64,000 nucleotides of DNA from Minisyncoccia bacterium (GTDB taxonomy: Bacteria; Patescibacteriota; Minisyncoccia; Phycocordibacterales; UBA9973), in contig JBAQFO010000014.1 in the NCBI GenBank assembly GCA_049287305.1, forward strand, positions 453-64,452, written 5' to 3'. A model generated the notes under the pieces. It was not told the origin of the DNA. It did no database searches and saw nothing but the letters and a program-made list of their open reading frames with translations. The position numbers and the translations under genes were made by a program. This document shows, in pieces, positions 6,400 through 16,499 of the stretch (its first letter is position 1; each line of letters starts with the position of its first letter).

Positions 6400-8931
6400 G
6401 TGATGTCATTATTCAGCACGATGTTCGGCGACGAAAGCGCCAAATTCATCAAAAAAATAAGCCCAATAGTGGCTAAAATCAACTCCCTGGAGCTGGATAT
6501 TTCCGCTTTAAAAGACGAGGATTTTCCAAAGAAAACAGAGGAGTTTAAAGACCGCTTGGCAAAAGAGGAAACCCTGGATTCTTTGTTGCCGGAGGCTTTT
6601 GCTTTGGTGCGGGAGGCGGCCAAAAGAAACCTAAAGGAAAGGCATTACGATGTCCAACTTGTCGGAGGTATCGCTCTCCACTCCGGGAAAATTGCGGAGA
6701 TGAGAACAGGGGAAGGAAAAACTTTGGTGGCTGTTCTTCCTGCCTACCTAAACGCTCTCTCGGGAGAAGGGGTGCATATAGTCACCGTTAACGATTATCT
6801 GTCCCGTATCGGCGCAGTGCTAATGGGGCAGGTTTATAACTTTCTTGGGCTATCTGTCGGCGTTATTAACTCTCAAAACGTATCTTATTTATATGACTCC
6901 AAGCACACCGAGGAAGACAGAATGCGCGACCAAGTGGGAGAATTTAAAATTCTCTATGACTTTTTAAAACCATGCACAAGAAAAGAAGCTTACCTTGCGG
7001 ATATAACTTACGGCACCAACCACGAATACGGATTCGATTATTTGAGAGATAATTTGGCCACATCTATAAACGACCTGGTGCAAAGAGGGCATAGCTATGC
7101 GGTGGTGGACGAAGTTGACTCAATCCTCATTGACGAGGCGAGAACTCCGCTCATTATTTCTTCCCAGTCGGGCGACTCCGGGGATTTCTACGTTAAGTTT
7201 TATCAGATTGCAAAACAATTGAAGAGAGACACCGATTTTGAAGTAGATGAAAAACTAAGGGCTGTAACTTTGACCGATGAAGGTATCACCAAAGCAGAAC
7301 AACTCCTGGGAATTTCCAATATTTATACCGAAAAAGGTATAAAATATGTGCATCACTTGGAAACTGCGGTAAAAGCGCAGGCTCTTTTTGAACGGGATAA
7401 AGATTACGTGGTGAAAGAAGGGGAGGTAGTGATAGTTGACCCTTTTACCGGGAGGTTGCAGCCAGGCAGGCGCTGGAGCGAAGGCATCCACCAGGCGATA
7501 GAAGCCAAAGAAGGGGTAAAAATTGAGAAAGAAACTCGTTCGTCAGGGTCTATTACTTTTCAGAACTACTTTAGATTTTATAAAAAGCTATCCGGTATGA
7601 CCGGAACAGCCGCGACTTCAGCTGAGGAATTTTTAAAAGTTTATGGGCTGGATGTTATCGTTATCCCCACCAACCGTCCTATTGTCAGGAAAGATCTCAA
7701 CGATTTAATATTCCAAACGGAAAAAGGAAAATTTCAGGCTATCGCCAAAAAAGTGAAAGAATTGAATGAGAAAGGAACTCCGGTTTTGATTGGAACAATC
7801 TCCATTGAGAAAAACGAACTCCTGTCTGTTTACTTGAGGCAAGAAGGTGTTCAGCATACGATATTGAACGCGAAGAATCACGAGAAGGAGGGAGAAATTA
7901 TTGCTCAGGCCGGTAAGCGTAATGCGGTAACTATCGCCACCAACATGGCAGGACGCGGAATAGACATAAAGCTCGGCGGTAACCCTCAGAACAAAGAAGA
8001 ATACGAATTTGTAAAAAACGTTGGCGGGCTTTTTGTGCTCGGAACGGAACGTCACGAGGCGCGAAGAATTGACAACCAGCTAAGAGGTCGCGCGGGCCGG
8101 CAAGGAGATCCGGGAGCAACCCAATTTTACGTGTCGCTGGAAGATGACTTGATGCGGGTTTTCGGATCGGAAAAAATTAAAACCATGATGGGCCGTTTCG
8201 GAATTCCAGAAGATCAGCCTATAGAAAACTCGTTTATCGGCAGAACGCTGGAAGGAGCGCAGGCTAAAATTGAAGGATTCCACTTTGATTCCAGAAAACA
8301 TACCTTGGAATATGATGATGTCATGAACCATCAGCGCAAAATTGTCTACGAAAGAAGACAGAAGATGCTCCGAGCTGATAAAGAGGGCATAGAAGCTTTA
8401 CTTAAAGACATTGCGGAAACCAGAGAAGGATTAGAAAAAGTGATTGAAGAAAAAAGAAGCAAGGTGGGTGACGGAGCGTTCTTGGAAACAGTTCGCCGCA
8501 TTGCGCTTTATACGACAGATACCTTATGGATGGAGCACCTGGAGGCAATGGATTACCTACGCTCCTCGGTTAACTTGAGAGCATACGGACAAAGAGAGCC
8601 CATAGTAGAATACAAAAAAGAAGGGCTCGCGATGTTTAAGGAAATGGAAACAAACTTTAAGGAGCAGGTATCTTCTCTGGTTAGCACCATAAACACCGAT
8701 GTCCGCCCGGAGGCGGAGACAGCTGGCCCCAAGCAAACACTAGTTACCAGCCAAGAGAATCCGGATGAAAGTCTGGTTGCAGAAGAGAGAATCGTTCCTG
8801 GGAAGGAAGAAGTAGGCCGGAATGACCCGTGTCCTTGCGGAGCTATAAACTCCGCGACGGGAGAAGTGTTCAAATATAAAAAATGCGGACTGATTGACGC
8901 GCCTCAGCACAGGAAATCCCTCATAAACTAA
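6400..8931 (+). CDS. secA: Preprotein translocase ATPase SecA.
   Basis: 843 aa. DEAD-motor motifs: MRTGEGKTLVA, DEVDSILIDEARTPLIIS, TGTA, NMAGRGIDIKLGG, RGRAGRQGDPG. C-terminal Cys-rich zinc-binding tail (CPCG...KKCG). Confidence 0.95.
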   Translation: MMSLFSTMFGDESAKFIKKISPIVAKINSLELDISALKDEDFPKKTEEFKDRLAKEETLDSLLPEAFALVREAAKRNLKERHYDVQLVGGIALHSGKIAEMRTGEGKTLVAVLPAYLNALSGEGVHIVTVNDYLSRIGAVLMGQVYNFLGLSVGVINSQNVSYLYDSKHTEEDRMRDQVGEFKILYDFLKPCTRKEAYLADITYGTNHEYGFDYLRDNLATSINDLVQRGHSYAVVDEVDSILIDEARTPLIISSQSGDSGDFYVKFYQIAKQLKRDTDFEVDEKLRAVTLTDEGITKAEQLLGISNIYTEKGIKYVHHLETAVKAQALFERDKDYVVKEGEVVIVDPFTGRLQPGRRWSEGIHQAIEAKEGVKIEKETRSSGSITFQNYFRFYKKLSGMTGTAATSAEEFLKVYGLDVIVIPTNRPIVRKDLNDLIFQTEKGKFQAIAKKVKELNEKGTPVLIGTISIEKNELLSVYLRQEGVQHTILNAKNHEKEGEIIAQAGKRNAVTIATNMAGRGIDIKLGGNPQNKEEYEFVKNVGGLFVLGTERHEARRIDNQLRGRAGRQGDPGATQFYVSLEDDLMRVFGSEKIKTMMGRFGIPEDQPIENSFIGRTLEGAQAKIEGFHFDSRKHTLEYDDVMNHQRKIVYERRQKMLRADKEGIEALLKDIAETREGLEKVIEEKRSKVGDGAFLETVRRIALYTTDTLWMEHLEAMDYLRSSVNLRAYGQREPIVEYKKEGLAMFKEMETNFKEQVSSLVSTINTDVRPEAETAGPKQTLVTSQENPDESLVAEERIVPGKEEVGRNDPCPCGAINSATGEVFKYKKCGLIDAPQHRKSLIN

Positions 8932-8937
8932 AAATTT

Positions 8938-9579
8938 ATGGCGAAAAAAACCAAAGGACAAAAGCAAAAAATATACGAGCAGATAGTAAACTTTTTTTAT
9001 GAGACCGGAATACACAGCAAGACTCCGCGCTCAGGTTTTTGGCCACTTGGAAGCGGAAGCCAATCCGTGGCTGACCACTTGTTCCACACGGCGATGATAG
9101 CTTACGCGCTGGCGTATCTCGAGCCTAAAGCGGATAAAAGCAAAATTGTATTAATGGCGCTCTTCCATGACATTGGTGAAGGAAGAACCTCGGACCTTAA
9201 TTATATTCACCAGAGATACGGCAGGTTGGCTGAAGTGGAAGCCGTGAAAGATATGTCCAAAAGTATCCCTTTCGGTCCAGAAATTTTAGGACTCTTTGAG
9301 GAAGAACAAGCCAAGGAAACCTTGGAAGCAAGGTTGGTAAAAGATGCGGATAATTTGGAGTGGATAGTGACTTTGCGAGGGGAAGAAGTAAAGGGTAACA
9401 TCAAGGCAACTAAATGGATAAAGCAGGCGGTTAAAAGACTAAAGACAGCTCCCGGAAAAGAACTGGGCAGGCTGGCGCTTCAAATAGACCCAGACTTTTG
9501 GTGGTTTAATGTAAACAACAAATGGTTTGTTAACCGTGAAGAAAAATATAAAAAATGGGACTCAAAGAAGCGTAAATAG
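8938..9579 (+). CDS. HD-domain phosphohydrolase.
   Basis: H...HD signature: HLFHTAMIAY ... LFHDIGEGRTSDL. 213 aa. Confidence 0.65.
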   Translation: MAKKTKGQKQKIYEQIVNFFYETGIHSKTPRSGFWPLGSGSQSVADHLFHTAMIAYALAYLEPKADKSKIVLMALFHDIGEGRTSDLNYIHQRYGRLAEVEAVKDMSKSIPFGPEILGLFEEEQAKETLEARLVKDADNLEWIVTLRGEEVKGNIKATKWIKQAVKRLKTAPGKELGRLALQIDPDFWWFNVNNKWFVNREEKYKKWDSKKRK

Positions 9580-9581
9580 TT

Positions 9582-10124
9582 ATGATGGAAATTACATATA
9601 TTACAGGTAATGAAAAGAAAGCCGAGCTCATCGCTAAATATTTAGGTCATCCGGTTTCGCACCACAAAGTTGACTTAGATGAAATACAGTCTATGGATCT
9701 AAAAAAAATTGTGGAGCATAAAGTAAGGCAGGCATACGATATAATAAAAGGGCCAGTAGTAGTAGAAGACACCAGTATTGAATTTCACGCCTTGGGTGGT
9801 TTACCTGGGCCCTTTGCAAAATATTTTCTTGAACAAATGTCTTTTGAAGCCATATGCTCCCTGCTTGATGGTAAAGACAGGACAGCAACTGCCAGATGCG
9901 TATTTGGATATTTTGATGGAAAAGATGATGCTTATTTCGAAGGCAGCCTGAAAGGAACTGTTGCGCAAAAGCCTTCAGGCAGGGGCGGTTTTGGATTTGA
10001 CCCGATATTTATCCCGGAAGGGTTTGATGTTACTAGAGCTGAATTAATTGAAAAAGACTACGAGACTACATACCTCAAATTAAAACCCATGAAAAAGTTA
10101 AAAAATTTTTTACTGCAATTATAA
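9582..10124 (+). CDS. rdgB: Non-canonical purine NTP pyrophosphatase (Ham1/RdgB/ITPase family).
   Basis: The N-terminus ITYITGNEKK and GFGFDPIFIPEG match Ham1-family motifs. 180 aa. Confidence 0.8.
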   Translation: MMEITYITGNEKKAELIAKYLGHPVSHHKVDLDEIQSMDLKKIVEHKVRQAYDIIKGPVVVEDTSIEFHALGGLPGPFAKYFLEQMSFEAICSLLDGKDRTATARCVFGYFDGKDDAYFEGSLKGTVAQKPSGRGGFGFDPIFIPEGFDVTRAELIEKDYETTYLKLKPMKKLKNFLLQL

Positions 10125-11359
10125 TGAAACAGCTAAACAAAAATTTTAAAAAAATATGGTGGGGGATTAAATCTCAAGGAGCGAGGTATTATTATGGCAA
10201 TCCCTCCAAAAAATTAAAAATTGTGGGAGTAACTGGAACTAACGGCAAGACAACAACAGCTACACTTCTTTATAAAACTGCGACAAGCTTGGGATATAAG
10301 GCTGGGCTTATCAGCACGGTAGAAAACATTGTAGGGAAGGAAGTCAGACCGGCGACCCACACTACTCCTGACTCCATTACTTTGACTAAAATCTTTAGCG
10401 ATATGGTAAAAGAAGGGTGCGAATACGCTTTTATGGAGGTAAGCTCGCATGCGCTTGACCAAAATCGCGTGGCTGGAGTGAATTTTGTCGGCGGGATTTT
10501 TACCAATTTGACTCACGACCACCTGGATTACCATAAGAATTTTGATAATTATTTCGGCGCAAAAAAGAAATTTTTTCAAATGCTTCCTCCGCGAGCCTTC
10601 GCGCTTACAAACGCCGACGATGAATATGGTTTAAAAATGCTTCATGATATCAAGGCCAATCAATTTTCATACGGATTCCAAAAGGGATATGAGGATGTTC
10701 AGTTTCATGGGGAAATAAAAAAAATCGGAGTTAACGGGCTTGAGGTTTCTTTCAACAAGATTAAAGTAAAATCAAAGCTCTTGGGCAAATTCAATGCTTA
10801 CAATCTGCTGGCCGTATGGAGCGCTTGCTCGCTTCTTGGTTTTGACATGCAGAAAGTAAATAAAATATTTGAACACATTGAACCGCCAAGCGGACGCTTC
10901 CAACACTTCCTAACGTCTTCCGGGGTTTTGGTTGTGGTGGATTATGCGCACACTCCCGATGCGCTAGAGAATATACTTTCATCGGTTGGAGAGATTAAAC
11001 AAAAAGAAGGACGCATAATTTCTGTATTTGGGTGTGGAGGAGACAGAGACCCGATGAAGCGTCCCATTATGGGCAGTATTGGAGCGAAGTTTTCGGATGT
11101 TGCGATTTTTACCTCCGACAATCCCCGTAGCGAAGACCCGGATAAAATAATAAGTGAAATGCTGGCAGGGCTTCACACTGACCAGTTAAAGAAGGTAATC
11201 ATAATGACTGACCGCCGGAAAGCAATAAAACATGCCGTCAAGATTGCAAAAGAAGGAGACATCATTCTTTGCGCAGGCAAGGGGCATGAGACCTACCAGG
11301 ACGCCAAAGGGGAGAAAAGCCATTTTGACGACATGGAGGAATTTAAAAAGGCTTTATAA
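10124..11359 (+). CDS. murE: UDP-N-acetylmuramoyl-tripeptide synthetase (MurE-type Mur ligase), lacking most of the N-terminal domain.
   Basis: IVGVTGTNGKTTT P-loop, DYAHTPDALENIL and GCGGDRDPMKRP are typical MurE motifs. 411 aa. Confidence 0.7.
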   Translation: MKQLNKNFKKIWWGIKSQGARYYYGNPSKKLKIVGVTGTNGKTTTATLLYKTATSLGYKAGLISTVENIVGKEVRPATHTTPDSITLTKIFSDMVKEGCEYAFMEVSSHALDQNRVAGVNFVGGIFTNLTHDHLDYHKNFDNYFGAKKKFFQMLPPRAFALTNADDEYGLKMLHDIKANQFSYGFQKGYEDVQFHGEIKKIGVNGLEVSFNKIKVKSKLLGKFNAYNLLAVWSACSLLGFDMQKVNKIFEHIEPPSGRFQHFLTSSGVLVVVDYAHTPDALENILSSVGEIKQKEGRIISVFGCGGDRDPMKRPIMGSIGAKFSDVAIFTSDNPRSEDPDKIISEMLAGLHTDQLKKVIIMTDRRKAIKHAVKIAKEGDIILCAGKGHETYQDAKGEKSHFDDMEEFKKAL

Positions 11360-11500
11360 TTAAAAACAAATTTTTGCCGGTACGAATTTTTTGGTCGCGT
11401 TAAAGGGACTTACGCGACATGATTCCGCAGAATCAAAAATTCTGAAGTTGGCTCGTCGCCACTCGCCAAACCCCTTAAAAATTTGTTTTTAATTTGAGAA

Positions 11501-11645
11501 TAACAGAAATTAGTTTTTAGAAAGCCTTGCGCAGGAGGTTAGAAAATAAAGGAAGTACCCTGACTACTATTTTCTTGACCGACGAGCAGTTCGCTGGTAA
11601 AGCTTTACCAGATAGATTGCTTTATGAAAACTAATTTCTGTTTTA
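11501..11645. repeat. MITE-like element or large RNA hairpin: 16-17 bp terminal inverted repeats (AACAGAAATTAGTTTTT / AAAACTAATTTCTGTT) flanking about 110 bp with an internal palindrome (CTGGTAAAGCTTTACCAG).
   Basis: Seen in sequence, inside an unusually long (about 310 bp) murE-murD intergenic spacer. Confidence 0.4.
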
Positions 11646-11669
11646 GGGCTTATATGTTAGTATCATTTT

Positions 11670-12974
11670 ATGACAGATTTTCACCAATTTTTCAAGAATA
11701 AAAAGGTAACGGTAGTTGGCTTGGGGCTTTTAGGTAAGCGCCTTGGCGATATCGCGTTTCTTGCCGAATGCGGAGCAAAACTTTTAGTGACCGATATTAA
11801 AACGACCAAAGAACTGGAGCCTTCTTTGCAAAAGCTTAGAAAATATAAAAATATAAAGTATGTTTTAGGAAAACATCGGCTTGAAGATTTTGAAAACAAG
11901 GATTTTATTTTAAAAGGACAGGGAGTCGCGCTTGATTCTCCTTACATAGCCCATGCCAGAAAAATGGGCATACCGATAGAAATGGATGAATCTCTTTTTG
12001 TAAAACTTGCCCCGGACGTAAGGATAGTCGGAGTTACGGGAACCCGTGGTAAAACTACAACCACGATGCTAATATATGAAATTTTGAAACAAGCAAAACT
12101 ACCAGTTCACTTGGGCGGAAACATTAAAGGGACTGCTGCACTCCCACTTTTGAAAAAGGTGAAAAAGGGGGACACGGTGGTTTTGGAACTTTCATCATGG
12201 CAACTGCAAGGTTTCGGCGAGGCAAAAATTTCTCCGAATATTTCAGTATTCACAAATTTTATGCCTGACCACATGAATTATTATAAAAACAGCATGCAGG
12301 ATTATTTTAAAGATAAATCTTTTTTATATAAATTTCAGAACAAAAATGGCTTACTTATTCTGGGCCCCGGAATGAAAAAAATGATAAAAGGCGCGATAGG
12401 CAAAATCATGGAGGTAAGCGTAAAAAATATTCCAAAATCATGGAAAATAAAACTAACCGGGAAGCACAACTTAGAAAATATAGCCTGCGCTCTTGCCACC
12501 GCCCGCGCCCTAAAAATCCCGGATAATATATCAAAAAAAGCCATTGAAAACTTTAAAGCTGTTTCCGGCAGACTAGAGTTGGTAAAAAATATTCATGGAG
12601 TGGAAATATACAATGACACAAACGCTACCACTCCGGACGCCACGATGGCGGCGCTCAACTCCTTTGATAAAAAAGTAGTCCTGATAATGGGGGGAATGAA
12701 TAAAGAGCTCAGCGCTAAAAAATTAGATGCGATTTTGCACCAAAAAACCAAGAAAGTGATTTTACTGCCCGGTTCCGGCGCTTTGCAGGTAAAGAACCCA
12801 AAGATAAACTTAAAAAAGTCCAAAGACCTGAAAGGAGCCCTCGAGATAGCTTTGGAAGACGCCCAAAAGGGAGACGTTGTATTGTTTAGCCCGGCGTTTG
12901 CTTCCTTTAACATGTTCAAGAACGAATATGACAGAGGAGAACAATTTATGAAAATAGTGAAGAAACTAAAATAA
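11670..12974 (+). CDS. murD: UDP-N-acetylmuramoylalanine--D-glutamate ligase.
   Basis: N-terminal Rossmann motif KVTVVGLGLLGKRLG, GVTGTRGKTTTT and the ATPDA-like TTPDATMAAL. 434 aa. Confidence 0.8.
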   Translation: MTDFHQFFKNKKVTVVGLGLLGKRLGDIAFLAECGAKLLVTDIKTTKELEPSLQKLRKYKNIKYVLGKHRLEDFENKDFILKGQGVALDSPYIAHARKMGIPIEMDESLFVKLAPDVRIVGVTGTRGKTTTTMLIYEILKQAKLPVHLGGNIKGTAALPLLKKVKKGDTVVLELSSWQLQGFGEAKISPNISVFTNFMPDHMNYYKNSMQDYFKDKSFLYKFQNKNGLLILGPGMKKMIKGAIGKIMEVSVKNIPKSWKIKLTGKHNLENIACALATARALKIPDNISKKAIENFKAVSGRLELVKNIHGVEIYNDTNATTPDATMAALNSFDKKVVLIMGGMNKELSAKKLDAILHQKTKKVILLPGSGALQVKNPKINLKKSKDLKGALEIALEDAQKGDVVLFSPAFASFNMFKNEYDRGEQFMKIVKKLK

Positions 12975-12975
12975 A

Positions 12976-14223
12976 ATGGATAAAGACTTGTCAAAAATAA
13001 AGAAAGTTTTCTTTATCGGCATAGGAGGCATAGGAATTTCTGCGCTCGCCAAGATGCTAATTGCGCGCGGTATTAGGATCTCCGGAGTTAACGACGAAGA
13101 AAGCCCTAAAACCTTGGACTCTCTCCGTGATGCCGGGGCGAAAATATTTTACGAAAAAGATTTTGACAACTTACCAGAAGCAGACATGTATGTGTATAGC
13201 GATGCTTGGATATATCGGGGACCGGAAATTTTAGAAAAAGCGAAAGCTACAGGGAAACCAGTCCTCAGTTATTTTGAAGCGCTGGGACAATTTGCCAAAG
13301 CATACAAAGTTATCGCCATTGCCGGAACTCATGGCAAGACCACCACCACGGCAATGGTGGCGGAAATGATGATTGAGGCGGGTTTGGACCCTACCGTTGT
13401 CATAGGGTCTTTTGTAAAAAAATGGAATAGTAATTTTCGCGAAGGTCAGAGTGAATACCTAGTAGTAGAAGCAGACGAATACAACCGGCATTTTTTAAAT
13501 TTTAATCCGTTTATTACGGTTGTGACAAACATAGAAGCAGACCATTTGGATTGCTATAAAGATTTGGCAGACATACAGAACGCTTTTAGGCAATTGGGAG
13601 AGAAAAGCGAAAATATGATATTGGATTATAATAAATATTTAAACAAAGTTCCCGTGCTTTCAGTGCCGGGAATTCACAACGAGCAAAACGCCGCAGCGGC
13701 GCTAGCGGTAGCTGATATTCTTAAAATTGATTCGGAAATTTCCAAAAAAGCCCTGGCAGCTTTCACCGGAACATGGCGTCGGCTTGAAAAAAGGGGAGTA
13801 ACGAAAGAAGGGGTTATTATTTATGACGATTACGCTCATCATCCCACCGAGATTCGGGCAAGCCTCCAAGCGCTGCGGAGCCTCTACCCTAAGAGAGAGA
13901 AAAGAATAGTAGTTTTATTTCAGCCTCACCTATACAGTCGGACGAAGGCTTTCTTTGATGAGTTTTCAAAAAGTTTCCAGGAGGCGGACCAAACTCTCTT
14001 TTTGCCCATATATTTTGCCCGAGAGGACAAAGACGAAAGCGTTTCCAGTCAAAAGCTAGCGGAAGTTATGACGGCAAACGGGGGGAATGCCCAAGCTTAT
14101 GAGAATTTTGAGCAAGCCGAGGAGGCGGTTCGAGAGTTACGGCTCCGCGAGGGGGATATTTTCGTGACCATGGGGGCGGGGGAAGCCTACAAAGTAGCCG
14201 ACGAGGTGTTCCCGCTCGAGTAG
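12976..14223 (+). CDS. murC: UDP-N-acetylmuramate--L-alanine ligase.
   Basis: VFFIGIGGIGISALAKML (the MurC N-terminus), IAIAGTHGKTTTTAMV and DDYAHHPTEI. 415 aa. Confidence 0.8.
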   Translation: MDKDLSKIKKVFFIGIGGIGISALAKMLIARGIRISGVNDEESPKTLDSLRDAGAKIFYEKDFDNLPEADMYVYSDAWIYRGPEILEKAKATGKPVLSYFEALGQFAKAYKVIAIAGTHGKTTTTAMVAEMMIEAGLDPTVVIGSFVKKWNSNFREGQSEYLVVEADEYNRHFLNFNPFITVVTNIEADHLDCYKDLADIQNAFRQLGEKSENMILDYNKYLNKVPVLSVPGIHNEQNAAAALAVADILKIDSEISKKALAAFTGTWRRLEKRGVTKEGVIIYDDYAHHPTEIRASLQALRSLYPKREKRIVVLFQPHLYSRTKAFFDEFSKSFQEADQTLFLPIYFAREDKDESVSSQKLAEVMTANGGNAQAYENFEQAEEAVRELRLREGDIFVTMGAGEAYKVADEVFPLE

Positions 14224-14499
14224 TTTCTCCACAGGTCATTAATTATTCAATTTTTACCTAAGTTTGTCAACTAGGACTCTTTAAAATATCCTTATTTTAC
14301 AAGGTTTTTTTAATTTGACATATCAAAAATATGTTGTTTAACTATTGACTTTTGAACTCAGATATGCTAGTATATCAATATATCCTTATTGTATAGGCAC
14401 TGATGTCATAGTTGCCTTATAACATAAGGGTTTTTTAGTTAGAGACACATTTGATAGAGTTTTCAGAAACGAAGTTGGCGGAGCAAATACCGCTCAAAT

Positions 14500-15138
14500 A
14501 TGAAAAAAAACAATCTAGTCCGTTTCGTGCAGTCTTTGGTTATGTTGCCCGTAATAACGACTTCGTTAGGAGGGGGTATACAGAACCTAGAGGCGCCACA
14601 TAGCGTATTGGTCCAAAAAATGAATATTGATGCTCGAGGTCCCCTTGCTCTTAACCAAGCACTGAAGGCCGAGGCAGACTTACTCAAAGCTAAGGCGGAA
14701 GCTATTGACGCATACTTTAGAGAACGAGGAATGCCCCTTGAAGGGCATGGTAAAGGGTTGGTTTTAGCCGCAGAAAAATACGGCTTGGATTACCGACTCT
14801 TGGCAGCAATAGCTACTCGTGAAACTACGGGCGGACTTGCTGCTTGTCCGGTTACTTACAGGCGAACCGGAGATATGGGATATAAATATAATGTTTTTGG
14901 TTGGGGTAGCTGTAAAATAAAGTTTAAGTCCTACGAGGATGGGTTTGAAGTTTTGGCAAGAAATTTGAGTGGTAACAATCCTAACACCGCTCATTATTAT
15001 GAGGACAAAACAACATCTCAGATTTTGCGTGCTTATAATCCGCCTTCAATCGTTCCTCATTATGCCGAGGAGGTTATATCTATAATGGATGAAATAGGGA
15101 AAAAAGATATCGCAATAACCCTAGCAGTAAATTCTTAA
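14500..15138 (+). CDS. Secreted peptidoglycan hydrolase-like protein (glucosaminidase/lysozyme-like domain).
   Basis: Signal peptide. LAAIATRETTGG ... YKYNVFGWG resembles the glucosaminidase (FlgJ-type) A..ESGWG / NNLFGIK motifs. A strong promoter (TTGACT-17-TAGTAT) lies at about 14345-14373. Confidence 0.4.
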   Translation: MKKNNLVRFVQSLVMLPVITTSLGGGIQNLEAPHSVLVQKMNIDARGPLALNQALKAEADLLKAKAEAIDAYFRERGMPLEGHGKGLVLAAEKYGLDYRLLAAIATRETTGGLAACPVTYRRTGDMGYKYNVFGWGSCKIKFKSYEDGFEVLARNLSGNNPNTAHYYEDKTTSQILRAYNPPSIVPHYAEEVISIMDEIGKKDIAITLAVNS

Positions 15139-15205
15139 AAATAAATATCAAAAAATCCCGCCAATTAAATTAATGTGCGGGATTTTTTGATTCTCTTTTT
15201 TGATA

Positions 15206-16303
15206 TTATTCTAGGTGAACCAATGTCATTTTCTGGTCCTTTGGTTCAAATAAGGTGATTTGGAAATTGTAGTTCTTTCCAAGTTCAAGCTTCTCGCGAA
15301 GTTTGGCCTCTGTTGGGAAAGTGGAATTGTGAACAAGTCCCGCCACTCCTTCTTTGATGGAAACAAGCGCGCCATGCTTGTTGTATTTTATTATTACACC
15401 CTTGATGATATCTCCTTTCTTAAGCTTGCCTTCAAATTCTTTCCAAGGATTTTCCTTGAGAGCTTTAAGGGAAAGAGAGATCTTGCCGTCTTTTATCTCT
15501 ATAACTTTTGCCTTAACCTTGTCGCCCACCTTAAATAACGCTCTCGGGTCTTCTACGAGCCCCCAGTCCAGTTCGGATATGTGCACAAGTCCCTCAAGTC
15601 CGTCTTCAAGCTTTAGGAATATTCCGAAATCCACTATACCCGCCACGGTGCAGTCTAAGGTGTCGCCGATAGTGTATTTACTTAATATTTCTTTCTTTTC
15701 TTCCGGATTGTTGTCTTTTTCGGAGAAGATCAGCTTGCCTTCTTTTGGAAGAGTGGAGATTATCATAACCGAAATTTTTTCTCCTACGAGCTTCTTCAAT
15801 TCTTTCAATATTTTATCTTTGTCCGAATCCAGAACTCTTGGATAATGGTCCGCTTTAAGCTGGGAAGCGGGCAAGAATCCTTGGATACCCTGCCATTCCA
15901 ATATCAGCCCCCCTTTATTTGCATCTTTGACTTCAAGGGAGAGAATAGTCTTAGCCTTGATTGATTTTTCAGCTTCGCTCCACGCTAGCGCCTGCTTTGC
16001 TTCTTTAAGGGATAGTTCAGTATAGCCGTCGTCGTTTTCTACTTCAACGATTTTTGCCTTTATTGTGTCGCCGACATTTAGCTTGTTGATGACATCTTTC
16101 GCGTTGATAAATTCTCGTCCATATATAATACCGGACCCCCAAGGAGATAAGTCCACGAAGACCGATGATTTCTCAACCAATATAACTGTTCCTTCTATAA
16201 GAGAGTCAACCTCAGGACGTGTTGCGCTCCGCTCCGTGATTGAGCTCAGAACTATATTTTCTTTTTCTTCTTCCTTTTCCATAATTATTGCAATCTTAAA
16301 CAA
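15206..16303 (-). CDS. rpsA: Ribosomal protein S1-like protein (four S1 RNA-binding domains).
   Basis: Repeated S1-domain pattern (G.V.G.V..I..FG.FV.L..G..GL.H.SE). 365 aa. TTG start at 16303, or an internal ATG at 16282. Confidence 0.75.
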   Translation of the reverse strand: MFKIAIIMEKEEEKENIVLSSITERSATRPEVDSLIEGTVILVEKSSVFVDLSPWGSGIIYGREFINAKDVINKLNVGDTIKAKIVEVENDDGYTELSLKEAKQALAWSEAEKSIKAKTILSLEVKDANKGGLILEWQGIQGFLPASQLKADHYPRVLDSDKDKILKELKKLVGEKISVMIISTLPKEGKLIFSEKDNNPEEKKEILSKYTIGDTLDCTVAGIVDFGIFLKLEDGLEGLVHISELDWGLVEDPRALFKVGDKVKAKVIEIKDGKISLSLKALKENPWKEFEGKLKKGDIIKGVIIKYNKHGALVSIKEGVAGLVHNSTFPTEAKLREKLELGKNYNFQITLFEPKDQKMTLVHLE

Positions 16304-16499
16304 AAAATCCGCTAAAATAAGCGGATATAAGGTCCAGGTTCTCTATAAGCTTTGCTTTCACTTGTAGAGGGTTACCCCAAATCCTGCTTTTAATATATAT
16401 TTAAGTTGTATTTTTATACTACTATAATATGGCAAAAATGCAAGCCGAACTTTGGTTTTTTTGTTTTCTTTTTCTTTAAAATTTGCTACAATATAAGTA

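Noticed and set aside
6390-8873. Multiple minus-strand ORFs of 60-120 aa within secA, and similar ones within gyrA, clpB, typA and dnaK.
   Set aside because: They are embedded antisense in highly conserved genes, with no RBS or signals.
15354-16367. Plus-strand ORFs of 163 aa and 100 aa inside the rpsA region.
   Set aside because: They are antisense to a clear multi-S1-domain protein on the minus strand, and their low-complexity Ser/Pro-rich translations are typical of antisense frames.
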